Assembly: GCA_964016885.1 (NCBI GenBank)
Contig: OZ024743.1
Span: 7,378,001 to 7,442,000 of the forward strand
Reading direction: 5' to 3'
Source of the DNA: Eledone cirrhosa
Taxonomy: Eukaryota
Length of the DNA: 64,000 bases
Shown piece by piece: positions 58,172-64,000 of this stretch; position 1 is the stretch's first letter, and the number at the start of each line of letters is the position of its first letter. A program made the translations under genes and the position numbers. The notes beneath the pieces were generated by a model. It had not been told where the DNA came from. It searched no databases and saw only the letters and a program-made list of their open reading frames with translations.

Positions 58172-58720
58172 GTTGGGCGGTGGATTGGCAGTATCGGTAG
58201 AGGGCCGGACACCATGCTTTGCAGCAAAGAGTTACGGCCCTTTATGGTCTGAGTTCAAATTCCGCCGAGATTAACTTTGCTTTTCATCCTTACTGGGTTG
58301 ATAAAATAAAGTACCAGTAATTGCTGGCATTGTGCCAAAAGTAGAAACAATTATTATTGTTGTTGTTGTTGTAGAGTGTCAGACACCCTGCTTCGCGGTA
58401 TAGAGTTACAGCCCTTTTACGTTCTGAGTTCAAATCCCGCCGATAAAATAAAGTACCAGTAACGCACTGGGACCGATTTAATCGACTTTACCCTCTCCCC
58501 AAATTGTTGGCCTTGTACCTAAATCAGAAACCATTATTATTATTGTTGTTGTTATTGTAGAGTGTCGGTAGAGCGTCTAACAACATGCTTAGAAGTATAC
58601 AGTTACGTCCCTTTAGGATCTGAGTTCAAATTTCGCCGAGGTTAGCTTTAGCTGTCATCTCTACGATGTCGATAAAATAAAGTACCAGTAACGCACTGGT
58701 ATCAATTTAATCGACTTTCC
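58172..58720 (+). mobile_element. Three head-to-tail family A SINE copies
   Basis: GAGTTCAAAT..GATAAAATAAAGTACCAGTAA repeated at ~58172-58355, 58370-58535 and 58558-58720. Confidence 0.82.
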
Positions 58721-60198
58721 CATTCAATATATTGGTTAGATCGTTCTCCTTTGTAATCCGTAAATGTGTAATCCATATCACGACGCTATTGACTTGTCGA
58801 AGAACTCACAATGAAACACAGTTATTCTATCCATTTTATGTCGTTTTTTTTAAATTTTATTACCTATAAATATAACTTTTGTTGAAACACTTTTCTCTTT
58901 TTTTATATATATTTTCTTACAATACGAAAAAGGTAATGTGTGATATCATATCTTTTTACATTAAAATACTTATGGTGTACTAAAATAATACAATTGAAAA
59001 AAGTATCCTTCTAATATGAATTTTTGTAATATATTTATTTCATTAATTTTGTTATTTCGGGGAGGGGGGAGGGGCTGTTATCAGTAACTAATAAAATAAC
59101 AACTTTGTTAGATACAAAAATAATACAATGTTCAATCAATAAATTCTAACCTCTTTGAGATAAAAGAGTTCCGCAAAACAAATATAATGGAGTTAACACT
59201 ATTTCTTTAATCCTCTACTGAATTATGAATCTTTTAGAATTCTTTTATTAGCTTTCTTTGTTTTTCATGAAAGAACTTAGAGACTAGTCTCGGCAACGAT
59301 GACTTCAAAAAGACTGAAAATGAATGAAAATGAAAATAGAGGATATTTTTTAATGCATTACATTAAAAAATGTCTGAAACTCTACAGTTATGAAAAACCA
59401 AATGTAGAATAGTCTACAAGAAGCTGAAATGATCAATCCACAGTCTCTTCTTTTCCCCGTCCTAACAGTTGCTCCAAAGGAAAATGACAAAACTCGAACA
59501 AAACATGAATTCGATAACACCATTGAAATGTTTGACGTCGGCCAAATTAACTCGCCAGGAAGTTAAAAGAGAATAGATCAAACGAATCCAAGAAAAAAAA
59601 AAGATTTTTAGAAAACGTCCGATACAATGCTATAACATTTTTCATCTTCCTTTTTTTCTGTAGTCTTTTCACAAACACCGCCTTCCTTTTGTTCTTATTT
59701 GTGTTTTACCCATTAATCATATCATTTGTTTCTATATAAAGATTTTCATCCCAGCAGTTCCCTTCCCCACTTTTACTTTACTTCCTATCTTTTGTGACTG
59801 AGATGTTTATTTCCTAAGGCTCAGGATCAAATGAGTCGATGGATTATACAACAATTTCATAAAGTTACATTAACTCTTTTATGATGCTCAACAAAAGGAA
59901 GAGAATGAATTTATAGCGTTATTTCGTGAGGGTATATTCACTAAATATGTTTCTAATTGTTTTGTTTGTTTTGTTTTTCTTCATAAGTGAAATAACAAGA
60001 AACTTACAAAACCTAAATGAATGACTACTTTTTAGTCACTGAAAATACAAAGAAGCATATTTCAATATAAGGAAAAACATGTATATTTAATTAATAATCT
60101 TTACACAATAACTTTTAAAAACGTAACACCAGCATAAAATGAAGAAAACGTTGAATCAATTATATTTTAATGTTAAGTATCTTATATGAATAAGTATA

Positions 60199-60527
60199 CA
60201 GTGTACCCTCGGCATTCGCGGTCGCGGCTCTCGCGGTCCCGGTTATTCGCGGAATTTTCCTTAGAACCTTACTAATAATTGTTCGTGGAAACCACCGCAT
60301 ATTCGCGGAACCGTAAATATATTCCGCGATATTTTATGCCTTTTTTCGTGGCAATATATATTTTTTCACGCCTTTAAACGCTAAATTATTAATAACAATA
60401 TACCGTATTTGCCGGCCTATATTTTACGTTATGATTTGAAGTTTATAGGTATTTTTATGGACCACGTTTTTTTATTTATCGCGGGTGCTCTAGGAATATG
60501 ACCCCCGCGAATACCGGGAGACAACTG
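60199..60527. mobile_element. Tigger/pogo-like MITE
   Basis: TA|CAGTGTACCCTCGGCATTCGCGG ... CCGCGAATACCGGGAGACAACTG|TA. Confidence 0.8.
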
Positions 60528-60769
60528 TATACTTAATTAGTAATCTTTACATAATATCTTTTAAATACGTAACACCAGCATAAAATGAAAAAAAACGTTG
60601 AATCAATTATATTTCAATGTTAGGTATCTTATATGAATAAATATATATGCATGCATGTGTATGTATATATGTTAGTATGTAGGTTAGTATGTATGCATGT
60701 ATGTATGCATGTATGTATGCATGTATGTAAGTATGTTTACATACATGTATGTATGCACGTATATGGCCT

Positions 60770-61045
60770 CAGATATGGCTGAATGGTTAAGAAGTTCGCT
60801 TCATAATGATGAGATGCCAGGTTCGCCCCCCCCACCCCGCATGACATTTTAGGCAAAAGTCATTACCAATTCAAAGGTCCAGAGTTGTCATATATATATT
60901 CATTCATGCTGGTTGAATTTGGAAATTTCGTTAAATATACACGTGTCTGTAGAATAACCAACAACTTACACGTTAATTCACGTGCGAGATGGATGTTCAC
61001 TTGATTGAACAACTGAATGCTCATCGTCGAAACCGCTGGAGGACC
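60770..61045 (+). mobile_element. Diverged tRNA-derived SINE
   Basis: TGGCTGAATGGTTAAG..GGTTCG head and a 3' part similar to family B. Confidence 0.6.
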
Positions 61046-61148
61046 CATTATGTATGTGTATTTATGTATGTATGTATATATACATGCATGCACGTATTAT
61101 GCATGTATGTGTGCATGCATGCATGTATGTATATATGTATGTATGTAA

Positions 61149-61568
61149 TACAAGATCCGGCAAAGGGCGGAGCAACTCAGCAGAGTCAACGGCCATCAAA
61201 TAGCATTTTTTTCCACCCGGGAGTGAAGGGCCCCCAGTTGTTGTCACAACACCTGTCTAGGGGAGGGGAGTGAAGGGCCCCCAGTTGTTGTCACAACACC
61301 TGTCTAGGGGAGGGGAGTGAAGGGCCCCCAGTTGTTGTCACAACACCTTTCTAGGAGAGGGAAACTCTGAAAAAAAACCTGTGTCTTCGGAAGCATCCGA
61401 TGATGTTGACCAGTTCTCCTTTTTGGGTAGTGTTTTCGATGCTCAGAGAGTGGGATTGGTCGAGTGCAAGGCCTTTCCCCACTTAAAAAACCCTTAAAGT
61501 ACAGGCATTGCTTGTTTAGGATTTGTTATAAGCGATTGAAATACTCTTAGCAGAGTCTGCAGCCATCA
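61149..61568 (+). mobile_element. RTE-derived non-autonomous element related to 851-1426, with an internal 48 bp tandem repeat
   Basis: Shares AGAGTCAA.GGCCATC, CTAGGAGA.GGAAACTCTGA, ATCC.ATGATGTTGAC, CAGGCATTGCT and terminal GCAGCCA.C; (ATGT)n tail. Confidence 0.65.
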
Positions 61569-61919
61569 TGTATGTATGTATGTATGTATGTATGTATGTA
61601 TGTATGTATGTATGTATGTATGCATGCATGCATGCATGTATGTATGTATGTATGTATGTATGTATGTGTGTGTGTGTGTATTAATTTATGTATGTATGTA
61701 TGTATCTTCATAACTTCCTTTTCAATCATATTTATGTCAGCTTCCAGTTTAATCTCAGTTTGCGGTTTATTTTCCTATGATAATTATTAAAAATGATTAA
61801 AAACCGTTTCTGTATTTACATTTCTAACGGTTTGCGTAGAGGATGAAAGAAATAATTAATTCAACAAATTTTATAGATTGTGATATTTAATTTGGCTATG
61901 TTTCGGGTGTTGTTAATAA

Positions 61920-62108
61920 TAATTGTTTCTACTTTTTGGCATAAGGTCAGCAATTACCCAGTGCATTACTGGTACTTTATTTTATCGACCCCGTAAGGAT
62001 GAAAGGCAAAGTTAACCTCGGCGGGATTCGAACTCAGAATGGCAAGGGCCGTAACTCTATGCGTCAAAGCATAGCGTCCGACCTTCTACCGATACTACCA
62101 ATCCAACC
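61920..62108 (-). mobile_element. tRNA-derived SINE (family A)
   Basis: Full match to family A. Confidence 0.85.
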
Positions 62109-62209
62109 GTTATTAATAATAATGTTAGTAATAACAAAAAAGTTAATTCTTTCGCCAGTTCTGTAATTTGCGTCAATTATATTTTCCTATCTACCCAACA
62201 TTTCTCTGT

Positions 62210-62570
62210 ACAGCCACTAGCCACTGCAACAGAGGAGCATCGAAAAAAAGGTACAAGGAAGTATGAAGAAATGCTTTCAAGTGTGTCACATTGACTATCT
62301 CCAGTATTCTGATGTAGTCTCTGATTGTGTGATCTGGAGACGCGCCATCTACTAGTCTATTTCGTCTTTGAAATTACTCACACGGCTGATGTTGAGGACA
62401 AGAGGAGTTGGAGCAAAATACGTAGTACAACAACACCAAACCTAGAACAGAATTTCCCTTGTAGCTGCTGCGGTCGGATCTGTCTGTTCTATATTGATAG
62501 CATCAGCCACCAGTGAGCCTGCAATAAACATGGACAGGTCCCTTCATAAATCTTCGTTAGCGAAACCAAG
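62210..62570 (+). pseudogene. Decayed RTE LINE 3' end
   Basis: RKKRYK..., then FPCSCCGRICLFYIDSISHQ, an RTE-type C-terminal CxxC...H remnant. Confidence 0.6.
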
Positions 62571-63540
62571 AGTTTCATCGAAGTATTAGCGAATAGTCTA
62601 GCTTTAGATCATATTTTATTCTAGATTAATTATGTAATTCTAAAGAACCAATAACACTGGTTTACAATGAAATTACTTCGGAGACCAGGTCTTTGCTAAT
62701 TTTGTGGAGCTGAATTTGAAAATGATACTCGTTCTTAGAGTTTAGGCCTTGTTTTCGAGATTTGGGTCAACGGCGTCTTTTCCGTCTTTTAGGAAAATAA
62801 GAGAAAGGGGTCAGGGAATTGGGATTGTAAGCCGCTGTCAGTAGTGTAGGATCAAAACTTGAAAAATATGGTCAAATACTTTCTTCCTAATAACGATGAC
62901 GGTTAATGTTTGCTTTTCACTGAACAACTGATGATCAAAGGCAACTAAATTAACGTGAGCAGTAACCAAAACTCATTTTGGTCAAGTAATGTCACTATGT
63001 TTGGTAGAAATCAGTTTCATGATGAAATCCTTGTCCATTTTGCCAACTGGTTTAAAGTAGTATGATGTAATGTTTTCATATTGCATAATCCTAAACATTT
63101 ACTTCTCATGAATCAAAGCTTAAGGTGTTTCCGAACAATTCACGATTTATCAAATAGAAATAATGATTTCTACTTTTACTATTACGAAAGAAAAGGATGT
63201 CTATACTTTTTGCAATGCCAACTAATCATTTAAATAATTCTTACTTCTGTATGGTGTAACCAACTCCGAAAAGACTTAAGGAGAAGAGGAAAGGAAATGT
63301 TGATTAACCTGATATTTCCTGTGCTCGAAGCCCAGTACCGCACAGCAAAGAACTACCTACATCTGTGACTCTAAAAGATTAGAACTAAACCCTCAATTAT
63401 TTTGTCATTTTCGAGTTCAACGCCTCGAAATGCATAAAGAAGGTGATATTTCAGCTCCGAAACAGAAAGCTTTTGAAATTTTGTAGATCTATGTAATAAT
63501 AGTAGTGCATTTATTTACAATTCAGTCCTTAGCCAATTGT

Positions 63541-63790
63541 CTCCGTAACTCTATGCTGCAAAGCATGGTGTCCGGCCCTCTACCGATACTGCCAATCCCC
63601 CGCCCAACAATAATAATAATGATTTTTACTTTACACAAGGCCAGCAATTTTGGGGGGTGGGGAAAGTCGAATAAATCAACCGCAGTGTATTAATGGTGTT
63701 TTATTTTATCGACCCCGTAAGGATGAAAGGCAAAGCTAATACCGCCGGCGGGATTCGTACTCAGAATGTAAAGGGCCATAACTCTATGAT
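63541..63790 (-). mobile_element. Two partial family A SINE copies
   Basis: Head fragment at 63541-63605 and core/tail at 63610-63790. Confidence 0.8.
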
Positions 63791-64000
63791 ATGGCCGTAA
63801 TAAACATCTCTTTCGTCATAAGAGGTTAAAAGGCAGTATATGGTAAATAAAAAAGTTGGACAATTCTGCTTTCTATAAAGAATTTGGAATAGAAGAAAGC
63901 AAAAATGTGTTCGTGAAAGTCATGCAAATATTTAAAAAAAGGCTTAAATAATCTAAATAGAATAAAATAGCCATTGATATAGATGCAGTGCCAGTCATAA

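Noticed and set aside
58172-58265. tRNA gene (also at 12425, 35012 and 60770)
   Set aside because: A/B boxes are present but run directly into SINE cores, and no cloverleaf is recognisable.

Overview
This is very AT-rich, repeat-dominated animal (non-bacterial) DNA. The SINE, microsatellite and Penelope content suggests a cephalopod such as Octopus, but that is inference only. No host protein-coding gene is recognisable, and nearly all long ORFs in the track are artefacts of (TA)n, (CA)n and (GT/GGT)n tracts. The real coding sequence is retroelement-derived: a young 5'-truncated CR1/L2-group LINE RT (5.3-7.3 kb), a near full-length Penelope-like element (PLE) with direct pseudo-LTRs (16.6-20.6 kb), a 5'-truncated PLE with an inverted pseudo-LTR (28.1-31.1 kb), and decayed PLE, RTE and Chapaev3-like remnants. 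Helitrons, MITEs, tRNA-derived SINEs and minisatellites fill much of the rest, with an assembly gap at 41391-41590 next to a ~10 kb GT-rich array. The main signal is a dense set of type I hammerhead ribozyme motifs read by eye. They occur in two non-coding tandem arrays (310 bp and ~461 bp units, retrozyme-like candidate circular RNAs), in the PLE pseudo-LTRs, and in several short inverted-repeat elements with variant catalytic cores (U3-A8, A4, U-U at the base of stem II). Almost all are inserted in (TA)n tracts with the same inverted polarity.
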